From NCBI GenBank assembly GCA_040954595.2, contig CM082594.2:4263319-4327318 (forward strand): a stretch of 64,000 bases of DNA, in the 5' to 3' direction. Numbering within the stretch: position 1 is the stretch's first letter; each line of letters starts with the position of its first letter. This document shows, piece by piece, positions 1-13,600 of this stretch. Source of the DNA: Balanoglossus misakiensis (lineage: Eukaryota > Animalia > Hemichordata). The notes beneath the pieces were generated by a model that ran no database searches, had not been told where the DNA came from, and saw only the letters and a list, made by a program, of their open reading frames with translations. The position numbers and the translations under genes were made by a program.

Positions 1-135
1 GCCTGAATTGTTGAATTGCCAAGCCAACTGCGAAGGAACAAACAAGCAATCCGCTATGCCCCTTATCCAGATTAACTCAGAACTCCACAGCGTCAATCAC
101 TGTGTTCATCCATTGCATTTTCAGAGGTCTTTTTA

Positions 136-362
136 CTGTAAAACTGGTTATTTTCGCGATATCAAAAGAGGAAACTATTACGCGAGGATTAATTTCCACA
201 TTCTCGTATTTCAGTAACTGCATCATTATTTCCAAAAAACAATCTAATGTCACACATTGTTCTTTCGCGACTATATTTACGCGACTTTTTATTTTCGCAT
301 TTTGGGGGGCTCTTGCGTATTTCACAAACATTTATTGCTCGCGAAAATAACCCTTTTTTCAG
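136..362. mobile_element. MITE with ~24-bp terminal inverted repeats and TA flanks
   Basis: Left end TA|CTGTAAAACTGGTTATTTTCGCGA. Right end reverse-complemented is TA|CTGAAAAAAGGGTTATTTTCGCGA. Internal TTTCGCG subrepeats. A related copy starts at 63920. Confidence 0.8.
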
Positions 363-3300
363 TATAGCAACAACTACGAATGATTTCAAAATTTAGACGC
401 CACCCTCTACATTGAGTTTGGCCAAAGAAAACAGATGATAGCACACTTTGTGAAAAAGACATCACATCAATGTTGTTGAAGATGCATTTTATATTTGAGA
501 AAAAGATTACTCATGAAGATGGCGTTTCTTTCAAGGCTGTATCGTTGATCTTGAAATATACTAAACATTGGAATGTACACAACCCCATCCTGTCATCCTA
601 TATAGCAACATCCTAAACTGTATGAAACCCCAGTGTCATAAATCTCCATCCTACCACAATTATGTTTAAATGATCATCTCTGCTGTACAGACATATTCTG
701 ACCACAACTACAGAGAAAGAATGATTTCTCATAGCAATAACTCTGCTATCCCGCGCTCAGCGCATACATAGTTTATGCATGATAATTAAAGGGTAGACTA
801 CTAAGTTCTTCAATGAAGAAATTTCGTTTACCATGCACATGTTTTAATTACCCACGGTCCCTTACAGAGGTCAGGCAGAGTGTGATGATATCTGAAACTG
901 ACAAAATTATGATATGACTTTGACCTCCGACCTCCAATGAGGTCAACTGGATTGACTTTATATCATGAAAAGTCTTATCTAATTAACACTGATCAACTTC
1001 CAGAGTTACATAAAGCGATGGCTCTCTCACTAACTTGGCATCTCATAATACCATTAATACATAATTTTTTAAATACAGGTAACGAATAAAGGTAATTGTT
1101 GTCTTGACTCTCAAGTCTTGTACAGACACTTGCTCATGGCTGAGATGAGTGAGCAACTTATGTTGTATTCTACAATTCTTTACTTACAGATGAGCAACAA
1201 CTGGGGGAAAATGAGTAAAACTAGATTGAGCAAGGTTATTGCCATACACGATACAGCTCATATAATCTCAAACCATCACATTGTCCACCCGATCGCATTG
1301 TTTCAAAGCTGACCTATCTCAACCATGGAAGTCTGTGTTCGTTTCTCGTAACTGCGTTGTTATAACAGAGTTACCATAACGAGACTTGGCTCCTGTACAC
1401 ATTGACCGGCGAGTCTAAAATTCAACAGTTGACGATGATATCAGGTGGATTCACCGAAACATTGCACCCATTACACAAAAAGTATAAGACCCAAATTACC
1501 TGTCATGGGGAGCGGTCCTCGTACTATCCAAACACAGCCGCGCAGGAAATATTCATTCACATGGAGCGTGGAATCAAAAATATCATTTAAATTGTCTTGA
1601 TCAAATTGATTAATTCCACGATGACATCACTATCTATCTGACCTACTTAACACCAGCCAGATTTATCCTGGGAAAGACTCAATTCTGTTAAAATCAGTTA
1701 CATGTAGATTTTCAAATCACAGCGAGTCTTACGCCAGACTGTGACGGCCCCAGTCTTTGCGAGAACATAGAATCAGACCGGCCGCTGACTTGGCCATTAT
1801 TTTTTCTGTGTGAATTCAGCCGAGATTCTGCGATGGTTTGAGAGGTCATGGAGTTGTTGACAAGGTGTCCATGTTTGTCTTGTCTTCCAAGCGCTGAGAG
1901 TCGGCCCGGCATATTAATCAGGGCCCGTAACCCCAATCAGCATCTCGGCAAGCACAGACAATTGCTAAAGGGTTAGCTATTGGAGCTAATGATTGATCAA
2001 AACAATAGAGAGAGGGGCTCGGGGCCAGTCTTGGCAACTGCTGTGTGCCTCAAAAAATATCCAAGCTTTAATCAAGGATACCGGTCGGGATAATGTGACC
2101 AAGTCTCGCTCCAACTCCAGTTCACCAACATGGCATTGACTTACACATCTATAGTGCCAGGGCACTTGACGTGTGTCGTTTAATTGCTTGTCGTACAAGT
2201 GTTATTGCAGCACGGCAAATCCAGAGAACGATGACATCGTCAATCAAACTGGCTGCCGTGGTAACAATCAGTCATTTCGGTAGCTTTGTTTTTCATTTCA
2301 CACAGCAAGTTTCAGAAGAACAAGAAGTCGGAGATTTTGCCTGAATCACAATCCAGGATACCGAGACTCAAAAGTGTGTGGTAACCGTTACCTAAACACA
2401 CTAGACTGCATCTATAAGCAACTTTCATTCTACATTTTTTCGACAAAAAACATCCCTGTTTCCAGATGCATTATGGGATTCGTGCAGGAGTAAATCATGC
2501 TGTAACACGCAGAATCATGACTATCTTATCACAGATTATTGTGAATTGTATTCTGCGATACGATGTTCAAGTAGAAGCTGTCAGACAAGTTTAGGCTCCC
2601 GAAAATAAATGGTTTGTTCCTCATCGTCTTGTGCGTCAATCCACATCAGCCACAACAACCTGATACAAAATTAGGCATGTGTGATTGAAGAAATGCACAA
2701 GAGCAGTGTTGCAATATAAAACCTGCTGAAATACCACAGCATGTCAGCTTTTCCTCTGCATTCTTGTGGTGTTTTCATGTTGTTTGTGTGATCTTGTCAG
2801 CTCAAGAAAGAGGGGGACGGGGAGGAAGGGAGGGGGAGAGAGAAGGAGGGAGGGAGAGAGAAGTGCCATGTATATAAAGATGATCATGTCATGTATCTTT
2901 TCACTTGAGCACTTTTGGTCAAAAATTACCAACATCTTCAACATTACAATGTCAGATACTGTAGAATGTGGTAATACAATTATTGATCAATAATGTGAAT
3001 TTTAAACAGTCCTTTCAGGATGTAGCAAATTATATAGAGTCTGCAATATATCTTGAAAATATCAATCCGTTTGATACCAAGTGATGTATTCTGCTCCGGT
3101 GCAAGGCCACTCTTCTGTTGTACTTACAGGTATGGGTTAATTTCTAAATTATCACATGTACCTAGGGTGGGTTATCAGCGTTAGATCAAGGCACCATGAT
3201 TTATGGTGACTCCACACGCTATGTCTAGCCCAATCATTCCGATGGGGATCAGCGGACTGACAAGCCAAGCCATGTCGTACATGAGATCCGACGTACATCA

Positions 3301-5521
3301 AAAAATGTGTGAGATAAGGATTTCCATTTTTCAAGAGGACAAGCAGATACATGTACAATAATCGTGGTGTTTCCGTGCGAAATAAAGATATTCTTTCATT
3401 TGTCGAACTTGATTCATGAACCCCCTCCCTCGGTCTTTTACTTTAATTTGTAATCTCCCAAAAGGCTAACACTTACACACAGATTGCTTCTGGACAAAAT
3501 GATTGATGCTGATCAAACACAAAACTAAACTTTACTTTCGGTACAATAATGTATATTTACTAAAATCTAGGACAAGACCCTCCCCAAGTGCGCAAAGTGG
3601 AACTTCTTGAAATGGTGGAGTGATTCTTTCTGAATTCTTTCTTTACGACTTGACAATGGGATACCACTTGAAGTAAACCCTAATTCAAGTTCCGCGTTCC
3701 AATTATTCCAACCCTAAAGCTAGAAGAAACATATTCACATTCCTGTCAACTCTTTTTATTGAGTAAACTATGTATGAGTCTAAATCACTGTTTATGCTGA
3801 CAGTATGTCATATGTGCCTCTAACTCATGCCATTTAAATGCAATGTGTTTGGTAGTACCGGTACATTCGTACATTCCACATCGCACATTTCGTGATGTGC
3901 TCAAATTTCCAAGACTTTTCATGCAGTTTCTCCATCATGCTTTTCCACAGGAGTATTTGAAGTTAAAAATTGCCATTTTCCAAGAGTGGTTGTGCAGTTC
4001 TTTTGTTTAAAAAATATTCATAAAACTGGCATTTCCAGTACTTTCCAAGAGTACATTTTTCCAGGACTTTAGCATAATTAGAATCCCAGAACTTTTGACT
4101 TTTTAATAGTGCAGTTGGACTATAGGCTAGGAAACAGTGATGAAAGGGTTACAAAAGCCTGACACAATCTGCTGTCCCCATAAGAAGTTGACTACACTCT
4201 TATTTGGCAAGTATTTTTTTATGACAAAATAAATGTGTCAAACCACACTTTACAACACATGGTTTGTAAATCACCGCCTGCAAGATTACAGCAAATACAA
4301 TCGCATGCAGTATTATTGTGTTGCATTCCCTCACTGCAATAAATCATAAAATATGTGAAGAGTTTCAATACTATGGCAATACATCAACGGTATGGCTAAG
4401 TAGGTTATAGACCTGCTTGACAATTCTGTTGACAGTTTAGTGTACTCTAAAAAGTTACAAAAAGGATATGCCACCATCTTGTTAACATACATGTACTGGA
4501 TTGTTTTTGTTTTAAGTCATGTCAGTTTGTTATCTTGTTTGAATGATATTCGACTTATGGTTTTCCAGGTATTTAATAATAGTATTATGTCATCTGTCTA
4601 GTTTCAGGAAAAAAAACATTCTTAGACTAATAGTTTCAGCGACAGTTTCATGCAGTACTGAAGAATCTTGTCCAAATAAAAGGTTCAATACTGGAAAAAT
4701 TTCTTTGGGAGATCACCCTGTTTTGGAAATGCTGGGGGAGGGGGTGTCAGTGTGTTTTACATTGGAGGGTCACCCTGTTTTACTTATCCATGGGGTCAGC
4801 AACCTTTCAACACACATCAAAGCAAAGTAAAGCAATCCCTTCTCTCAGAAGAACCAGGTAAAGGGGTAAAACCAGGTAAGTCTTATACCCATTCCAAACC
4901 TGAGGTTAATACTATAATTGGGGACCAAATCTCCGCAATTGCTAAATGTTTTGACCAGAGTAATACCATGAATATTGGTGACATCATTTGTGGCAAACAG
5001 CAGATAGCCAGCATCTCTGATTATTCTGTCATTATTCATGATGGTGACATCATTTCTGACCAATGACAAATGGGCAGCACCTCTGAATTTTTCCGGACAA
5101 AATACTGGTTTTCCCGAGTCCCGAGAATTTCATGCGCCACATCAGTTAAACAGCAAGTTTTAACATGTTGTAATTAATGACTGATACCAGCTGAAGGCTG
5201 GAATTGCCCACAGGTGTTCTCAGTCACGTTTCTCTCATTCAGAATATTTCTTTTTTTTCCTCCTTATCAGTAACCCTGCCCAATCTGTGTATCTGTAACT
5301 TCACCAAATCTGGTGTATCTCTCTCAATCTTTGACTATCTGCCAGAGAATGGAATTATCTGTGTTATTCTGGCCAACACACACTGTGGGTGTGGTTCTAA
5401 GACAAGAAAAAACATCTCATCCATTTATTATTTGGACGTTGGTGAAAATATGAATTGATATATTGATAAATATATGAAGCATAATTTGACCTTTTTTGCC
5501 AACAAATAACTGATAGAGTAA

Positions 5522-5946
5522 TCAACCCATTCACCACAATGGTTTGGGCCAACTCCATAGTTTTCTGGACCAACTCCATTTTTCCCAGACCAATTTCATT
5601 GTTTTCTATGGTAGAGCTGGACCTCTAGAGAGGCAAACATGGTAGTGAAAAATGCAGCTTTTAATGAATGGGTTGGAATCGAACCTTCCCAGATACTATT
5701 GATGTTTTTCATAACAGTCACTGCTGTAGGCACAGTGATTGACAGCTGGCTTGTGAACCAGGCAGATAAGGTATTGATCTTGCTAATCTTCATGATTTTT
5801 GACAAAACAACGACGGGATCAAGTTTATTCTGACTGCCACCAGCAATTACGAACCCTTACAAACACCCCCATTTCCCCCAATAGAGGTCCAACTTTACAA
5901 TAGAAAACAATGTATTTGGACCAAACCATGGTAGTGAAAGGGTTAA
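5522..5946. mobile_element. Two inverted copies (~5522-5652 and ~5853-5946) of a short piggyBac-like MITE (TTAA-CCC...GGG-TTAA ends)
   Basis: 5522 TCAACCCATTCACCACAATGGTTTGG matches the reverse complement of 5921-5946 CCAAACCATGGTAGTGAAAGGGTTAA. The internal CATTGTTTTCTAT..GGACCTCTA is also shared in inverted orientation. A further end fragment (GTGATGAAAGGGTTA) lies near 4137. Confidence 0.55.
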
Positions 5947-6057
5947 CCCAGGACCACCTGGAAGACCATTGGGTTTCCATTTGTAGTTGTGCCACAGACC
6001 AATGACCACAGCTATTGTTGACAAATGAGCTGAAGTCTGGACTTGATTCAATTTATC

Positions 6058-6093
<36 letters not shown>
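6058..6093. repeat. (AAC)12 microsatellite
   Basis: Direct read. Confidence 0.95.
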
Positions 6094-6098
<5 letters not shown>

Positions 6099-6837
6099 CA
6101 ATGTTACATGTATAGCTGTCTTCTATTCTAATGACCATGTGCAATGTAGGGTGCCCTTTTTTCAGGTGGCCACCCAAGTGAAAATCTGTGATTGGCTAGA
6201 TCTTTTATGTGGCTATACTAGTATTTGGTGACCATACATCTTTTAACTGTGCCACTGTCAGCAATGATCATTGGTGGGAAAATGTACCTGATAACAGCTG
6301 TGATTTGATTTTGAGAAACGTATTGATTTTGAAAAATTGGGGCAATTGCATAGAACAATGTTTGGATCTACATGGTCTTGCTTTTATCTCACACAGCTAG
6401 GTTGTAATTCAAAGTGTTGTTGTGTTCAGATTTACAGGATCATAAAATGTGAATGGGAGGCTGTACTTTTTGAGATAAAGATATCACCCCACACCAGAGA
6501 TATAAGGCAACAATAAATAATTATAAAATAGCCATTGAATTCATAAGCCGGCCATATAATTATAGATAAAACAGAATAATAAATAATGATAAAATTGACA
6601 TTGAATTTATAGCTGGCTGTATAAAATAAATGCAATCTAGTTGAAACATTCAAGCGACGAGTAAATAAGACTTTTGCTTTTCACTTCCTTATTTCGTGTG
6701 GTGGAAAAATACTAGCATTCAGAAAATATAGGGAATTCCCTTTGAGATGAGGGATTGCTTGGCTCATACAATATTTAATGCAAAATCATAAGCCATTCAG
6801 CATGGATAGGTAGTGTGAGAGACCTCATCAGGGCATG

Positions 6838-7230
6838 AAGGAACAGTGTGACCCTGCAGGGAAAGGAAAGGGCAGAGTGACCCCAGTAAGGGACAGTGTG
6901 ACCTCACAGGGTCACTCAGCAAGGGACAGTGACCCAATGGGGACTGTAAGAGACAGAGTGAACCTACATGAGGGAAGGGGGTAGTGTTACCTGGTAGGAA
7001 AAGTACAGTGTGTGTTACCCCTTCAGTGCATGCCAGCTAGTAAAGGACATGAAACATATCCCAAGGAAACGGCAATTGGGTAAGACCCTATCTATGGGAA
7101 GAAAATATTGCCATGTGACCCCCTAGGACAGTAAGGTACAGTGTGACCCCCTGGAACAGTTAAAGGTACAGTGTGACCCCCCCCCCCCCCTCTCCCTTGG
7201 GACAGTACGGTACAGTGTGACCCCATGGAC
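6838..7230. repeat. Degenerate minisatellite, core AAGG(G/T)ACAGTGTGACCCC
   Basis: Repeated ACAGTGTGACC(C)-type units at irregular spacing, often ~20-35 bp. Confidence 0.75.
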
Positions 7231-10200
7231 ACAATAAGACAACAATCGTGCCCCTCTATTCTATTGCATGTAATACATTAAACCAGAAATATCAATGTTG
7301 TTATGCACTGTTGTGAATTTGAATACAATTGCCTGATCTATCATGACTCAACCTTGTCAAATTTGAAGCCTGCTAGCTGATAGTGTGCATACTTCAATAC
7401 ATGACTGGCAACACTCTTGCAATTTGTGCAATAATTGCTGACCTATACATTGGATTCGCGTGGTAATAAAATTATGAAGTGTTGACATTACACTGAGATA
7501 TGAAAACAATGTGGCATGGAATAGAAACACACACACACACACTCTCTCTCTCTCTAATCCCCCATTCTCTCTCTCTCCTCTTCCTTCTCTCTGCCACAAG
7601 TTTTTTTGCAATTATGAATTGGAGAATAATTCATATGAACACTTGATACCTCCACACTGTACTGAGTGATAAAACTGCACTTATAGTCGTAATAATACAG
7701 TAGTTATCGGAGTATTCACGATTTGGTTGAGTTATGATGATGTGCATCAGGTAGCAGGTAGGGCATGTGTAAAGGTGCGCGTATCTAGGTAGCCAGGCAC
7801 TTATTCAAACAAACAAACAAACAAATAAACAATGTAAACAGTATAAACAAACAATTTAAAAAACAACTGATTGAGTCCACTGTGAGCTGTCAAAGTTGTG
7901 AATTTTGAAGAAAAACTATTCACACAAAATTCTGTTCCCGTACCGACACCGTACTTGGCAAACTTCAGCATGGCAGACCCATGTCTTATTTATACATGAT
8001 GTCATCTCTACACCCAAGTCACCAAGTGCCGAGCTCATTTGTACTTGCTAATGGAGAATAGATTAACCCCTCTGACAAACTGAACGAGTGTGAACGTGCC
8101 TGAGAGCTTACCAAGTATGGTCTCAGGACCCACACTTCAGTCATTACAGATGCGTTCATCAAAGTTGAAAACAGTTCAACTGATCAACAACAATTCTACT
8201 CAAGTTTTGTTGCAATCAAATCAAACCTCCAACTTCATTGTTAATGAAGTTGTAGCTTTGAACTTCCAGCCAAGCAACCAACATTTCATCAAGCACATGC
8301 ATGGAACTCCTCCCCTGATGGCTGGTAGCAAGTAGTAGCTAGCTAAACTTCAGATTAATGGCTAAATCTGCCAATACTTTGAATAAGCGTATTAGCTCAA
8401 CTTTTTCTAAGTAACAATGGTTAGCCTAGGTGGTAGCCAGCCAAGACTAGTATTAGCAGTTAAAATAGCTATAGTTGATATAGTTGTGCCTTGCAGGGAA
8501 TTCATTACAAGATAGCTTGCAGTGAGCTAGCTACCAGTAGGTATAAAGAGCTAAAAGGAGCTACTAGCTGACACAGCAAGGCCTTGTGGGAACTGAAAAT
8601 TTATTCACAACAGATGAACTTCAAACAATGTTGCCAATGTCATATACCCATGCGACCACCTGTTACTAGTGTTAGTTTATTGCCCATGGATCTCTGTGGC
8701 TACAGGTGTAGTAAAATCTATGGAAGATTGAATGGTCCATACTGCAGCACTGGAGGTGTGTTATTGTACCCAGGTGAACTGATAGTGCATTGAGTTAGCA
8801 TAAAACAACATTCCCAGCAGTTTACCTACAGTAAATCTGTTGAAAGATTGGTACATACCATGTGATACCACGGTCAGTCACCGAGTGGGGTGGGAGGGAT
8901 GAGGATGAGGGTGAGGGGAGGGTAACAAACGTCAGCTTACCCATCCACTAAGGTTACCAGCACAGACGGAAAATCTCTGAGATGAGAGTAGATGATCCTT
9001 CAATATTTTGAAAGTGCCCACAGTGTCTTACAGGTCCCATTTTTCTCTGTACACAAGCATGTTTCAGGCCAGCATGACATTACAATACTGCATGTACTCA
9101 CTCCTACGTAACTATCAATGGCAATCAAAGAGATGACCTAATGTCAAACTTTACAGCACCTAGACAAAGTGGCCTATATTAAATAACTCTGCAATGTTGA
9201 TAAAAAACAAAACACTGTTTACTTTTAATAGTTATATGGCTGTTGCTTCTACTTTTAGTAAATGTTGGTTGATAAGAGAGTGGAGCTGGCACTAGTTTCT
9301 GTAAACAACTTTTGACTCTTTGGTTACAGAAATAAAACACTGTCTCAAGATTTGAAATTCTTCCCACCTTGACGGTAATAATTCTGGAATTTGAAGAGTA
9401 CTTTATTCAGTATATCTACAAATTACACATGAGCTCCATGACTTCAGAAAATTTCTGGCAAAATATTAGATTAGTGTATTATACTGCATGAATGTCCTGT
9501 ACTTAAAAAAAACATGTGAATTTATTTTTAAAAACCCCTGTTCTTAAAAGTTATTTACATCATTTTGTCAACTTTGTCACAAAACCGTGATATTTTTCAT
9601 TCCCGGCATCTGTTTTTGAATCAAGCCAACTTGCATACAACATGTAGTAATAGCGACACAGTTTTTCAATTGTGTCTTTTATAAATTTTATGATAGATGA
9701 CAGTGATACCGGGTACAAACGTGTACCATACTTTAGTCACCCAGCCGGTCCGGCACAATTTGCACTTATATTCAACATGTGAATGCCAACGCTATAATAC
9801 TGCTGACAGTTTAGACATGTAAGTTGCGTTCCGCATTAGTGACAGACATGTTACCTGTACATTTCAGGCTATATTTAACCATGTCGAAATAAACATGCTA
9901 CTGGCGCAGTTTTGAAGGGCTTACTTTAATTTCCAGCGATAACGCTGGCGATGCATGTTCGCCATATAAACGCACGGGCGTTCGCTGACACTATAACAAG
10001 GAAGGTGTCGAAATATAAGTCTATCAAACAACACCCACATTATATAGGCCTATCTAATTTTGACGAGTGTTGAAACTGATTGTAACACACTCCTCTATAA
10101 AACGTATAACGAAACTAAAACCAGCCAGCCCCGGGTAGGCGAGAATTTCGTGGCCAACGCACACGCAGGTTGATATTTTTTGAAACCACCCCATATCTGC

Positions 10201-10309
10201 ACACCAGCCGACCGACCGACCGACACATTTTGGCTGCAACGCTTCTCCGCGCAGAACGAGAATGCCAAACAAACATTGCGCAAAAACTGCTGTAGTGTGA
10301 AAACATTAC

Positions 10310-10328
10310 CTTCCATGTTCCCTGTCAT
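10310..10328 (-). CDS. Candidate first coding exon (MTGNME + phase-1 donor) of an unidentified gene extending left
   Basis: Minus strand ATGACAGGGAACATGGAAG|GTAATG. It lies just downstream of a housekeeping-type motif cluster and at the boundary of the CpG-poor 1-9.7 kb region. No downstream exon identified. Confidence 0.35.
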
Positions 10329-10339
10329 ATTTAAACTGC

Positions 10340-10385
10340 GCTACTGGTTGTAGTCCTAAAATTCAAAGGTCACTTCCAGTTCCTT
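10340..10385 (-). promoter_or_regulatory. Candidate promoter motifs: ETS-like GGAAGTG, nuclear-receptor DR1-like AATTCA-A-AGGTCA, ZNF143-like GGACTACAA
   Basis: Motifs read directly at 10346-10377. Function inferred. Confidence 0.35.
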
Positions 10386-10515
10386 GGACTTAGATCGCAC
10401 TTTCGGAGCAGCTCCTAACCAAGGGGAAATAAAAGAGCGACCATTGAAGACGAAATGCAAACAATAAGTTAACCATTTCTAGAAAAAAGGGGCGGTAATG
10501 TTTGAATTGGCTAAC

Positions 10516-10627
10516 CTGTAACTACATCGCCTGATGGAGAGTCGAGATTTCGATGCACGACCATAGTTGATGGTTTGCTGTCGTTGGCATTCACTTTCAG
10601 CATCGAAAAAGCTGTTTCATTGACCAT
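10516..10627 (-). CDS. Candidate alternative first coding exon (37 codons + phase-1 donor)
   Basis: GACATGG start context. Open frame MVNETAFSMLKVNANDSKPSTMVVHRNLDSPSGDVVT, then ACAG|GTTAG. Same phase as the 10310-10328 exon. Confidence 0.35.
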
Positions 10628-13600
10628 GTCAGGCAAGTTTTATACAATATTTCAGCAGATTCTTGAGCGAGATAGGTCGCGTGTGGTTGTCGTCTTCTCT
10701 TTGGTCATATGTTGAATTGAGGGCGCTATAACAATTAAATTTGTTAATCTCTGAAACATGCATGAAACTTCTCTCTCGGACTTCTATCCGATTTTCGAGT
10801 TACTACCATACTTAATTGCGTTTCTTTTCAAGTAATTCTTCTCTTTGATAATATTTAGAACGCCGTTTGATTTCATGATGACTAAATTTATGAATTTGTC
10901 GAGCCCAGCACAACTTTTCTTAGCTATATAAGCGCCCTCTGCAACTGTTTTGTATCATGATAACACGCCAGACTGAGATCAGGTTAGGAAAATACAGTAG
11001 ACAGCGATATGGTCGAAAAATTCATATTTCTGTATTATTAACAACATTAATTACATTAAAATTAACATTTCAAATAGATTTAGATGAGGTACTCGATAGT
11101 AACTTGCTGCAGATTGAAATGGCAATTGAAAGCATATCAGCTAATTTTTCCGAGTGTTCGCAATCATTTTGCTGATAATTGCCACTTGTCAGCGTTCAGT
11201 TTTTGATTTGAAGATTCGTGTAAGAGAAACTATGTTACCAAACGTATCCAAAAACAGGTCAAACTTGATACCAATGCAATCGAAGTCTGTCAAAACATCA
11301 AAAATGAGATGAGAAGGTAGTGCCGAAACTTGGAAATCTTTCGCACGATGGAAGGGGTTTGGTCGACCCGAAGCACACGCCCCCACCGGCGGAACGCTAA
11401 ATCTTGACCCTCCAGGCCTGCACGCACCACCGCGAGCAGGTGAAAGAAGCAGCACGTCATTGCCACAGAGGGCGACCTGTGGTGAAAAATCTAAAATACA
11501 TGAAGGAATATTAATTATTAAACTTTTAAAATTTATTATGCAATTAATATGCCTAGCCCTTTAAAATCTGCATTGTGTATTAAAATCGTGATGGCATTTT
11601 GAGAAAAAGGAAGTTAAATCTGGAATAGATGAGTGTCCGCTGTTTACAAACCTCACACGTCACTTTAGCAAGTCATGACATATATTTCATATATGAGAAA
11701 ATGATGTTTTAAATAAAAGGATATTTAAAAAAACATTAGCTTGCCTGGTTTTCATTTACTTTTGTCACACGATACATTTGCTTAATCATAATCATTTTGA
11801 AACTTGCGCCGTAACAATAGAGCTACGTACATCTATATGGTGATGAAATTGGAAAAAAACACAAGATAATTTTTCTAAATACGCTCGATTACGTTCTTTC
11901 TTAATACCATCCAAATAATCATGTTTATTTACAAAACATTGACATTTAAGAATCAAACTTTATAATTGTGCAAACACCGTGGTAGACGCTTCGGCGACTT
12001 CTCTTCCCGTCGCTATATATTTAGATGTCTGATTGACTAACATCAAGGGTCCATATGTAAAGTATTACAATTTGTTACCTTGGTGACAAGGCGGTTGTCA
12101 GGTGGGGGTGGGTATTTCGAAATCCTGGCTACTAATTAACGTGTGGGCCGGGGTTATCGCGGAATCCGGCCGCCTTTGCATTGTACACAAACCGTCTGTT
12201 TTGGCGGGCCTGCGGAGGGTTATACATTATCACAAACAGTAAATTCGAAAATTTGTTATCGCGTTACGTACATTTGTCCGGGTCGGAACGTCCGTGGCAA
12301 AGTCGTCAGTTTGGACGCACGTGTGTTGACAGTTGAGCCATTTATGTTGGCCGGGTCTTACATGTGATGTTTGTCTTTTTATTTGGGCACATTCTCGTCC
12401 TATACGACTAAATGAAAGACCACAATGAAGGCCACGGTTGAAGACAAATTACATCGTGAAAACTGTCAACGTTATTTGCCCATTCTACAACAAGTGAACA
12501 ACCAGAAATAAAGGCTCTGTTGTCCAATGGTTAAAATTCAAAGTATAAATGAGATAACTGAGAAATATTACAACTGTAGTTTTCTCTCATGGGACTATAT
12601 TGTAATAAAATCTAGTGGTCGTCTTATTATGCGACATTTTCCCCTGCAGAGAATACATTTTGCTCTGAAACTGTCTGCGCAGTGCAATTTCGACAGGATA
12701 TCCCGCCCCAACCACAGACGAAGAGAAAGCATTTTCTCTTTATGCAGCAAGATATGCTTGCCAGACATCTTATTCCTCTTCCGTTTTCAAAATAATTCCA
12801 CACGGGTTTGGATATAAAAAATGATGTAAAGACCAAAAGAATCTTTTCATTTTTGTACTAATCTGAAATTTTTAAGGCGTGCGCGCCCCACACAGTTTAT
12901 TGAACCGTGTTCGGCGAACCCAGAGCTGCATACCGATCGAACGTACCAATGTGGGTCGAATGATGGACAACCTCTGACCTCTCTCACCCGTGGCTTGAAA
13001 CAAACAGGTGTAGAATAATAAAAAATACTTCATAGACCACAGATAGTGTTTGTCTGTACAGAGGTAGCGTATTTTTAGCTGTCTGCAAATCCAAATATAA
13101 TCTTCAATGTATTAATGTCGCGTCGCGCCATTCTATTAATAACGTTCCCCCAACAATGTAAGTTTAGCTTGTTGTTACATAGATAAAAAAAACTAGAATT
13201 GGTATGAAGTTATCGTCACTTTTTGGTTAAAAGTTTTCGCTGAATCATGACTTTTGATAGTTAGTAGTATTTTGTAGCTTTGTCAAAGTAGAGCAGTCTG
13301 GTATTTTGACTACAAAGAGGTGAATTGAGTTAATTCGTGATAGTGACACAAATGCATTAAAAATCGGAGCAAATCATAGTTCATACCACGAATAGGATTC
13401 TTAACGTCTGGAGTTTTGGATATTTCTCGAACCTCTGTCAATAATAAGTCATGAAAATGCAAGTTTCCTCAGCTTGTATGTGTAGATACAGTGGTTCCAT
13501 ATTACAAACTTGCATTATGTTATGCATGTAACAGCCATGTTATGTCGGTGGCCTATTCGGAAGCTGAGCCTCCAAATAATGCACGTTGGCAGACTTTACC

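Noticed and set aside
2392-2800. Possible minus-strand UTR exons
   Set aside because: Splice-like signals exist, but there is no sustained frame or homology. Not supportable without transcripts.
6731-6740. Perfect NF-kB-like palindrome GGGAATTCCC (another near 43350)
   Set aside because: Isolated short motifs with no supporting context.
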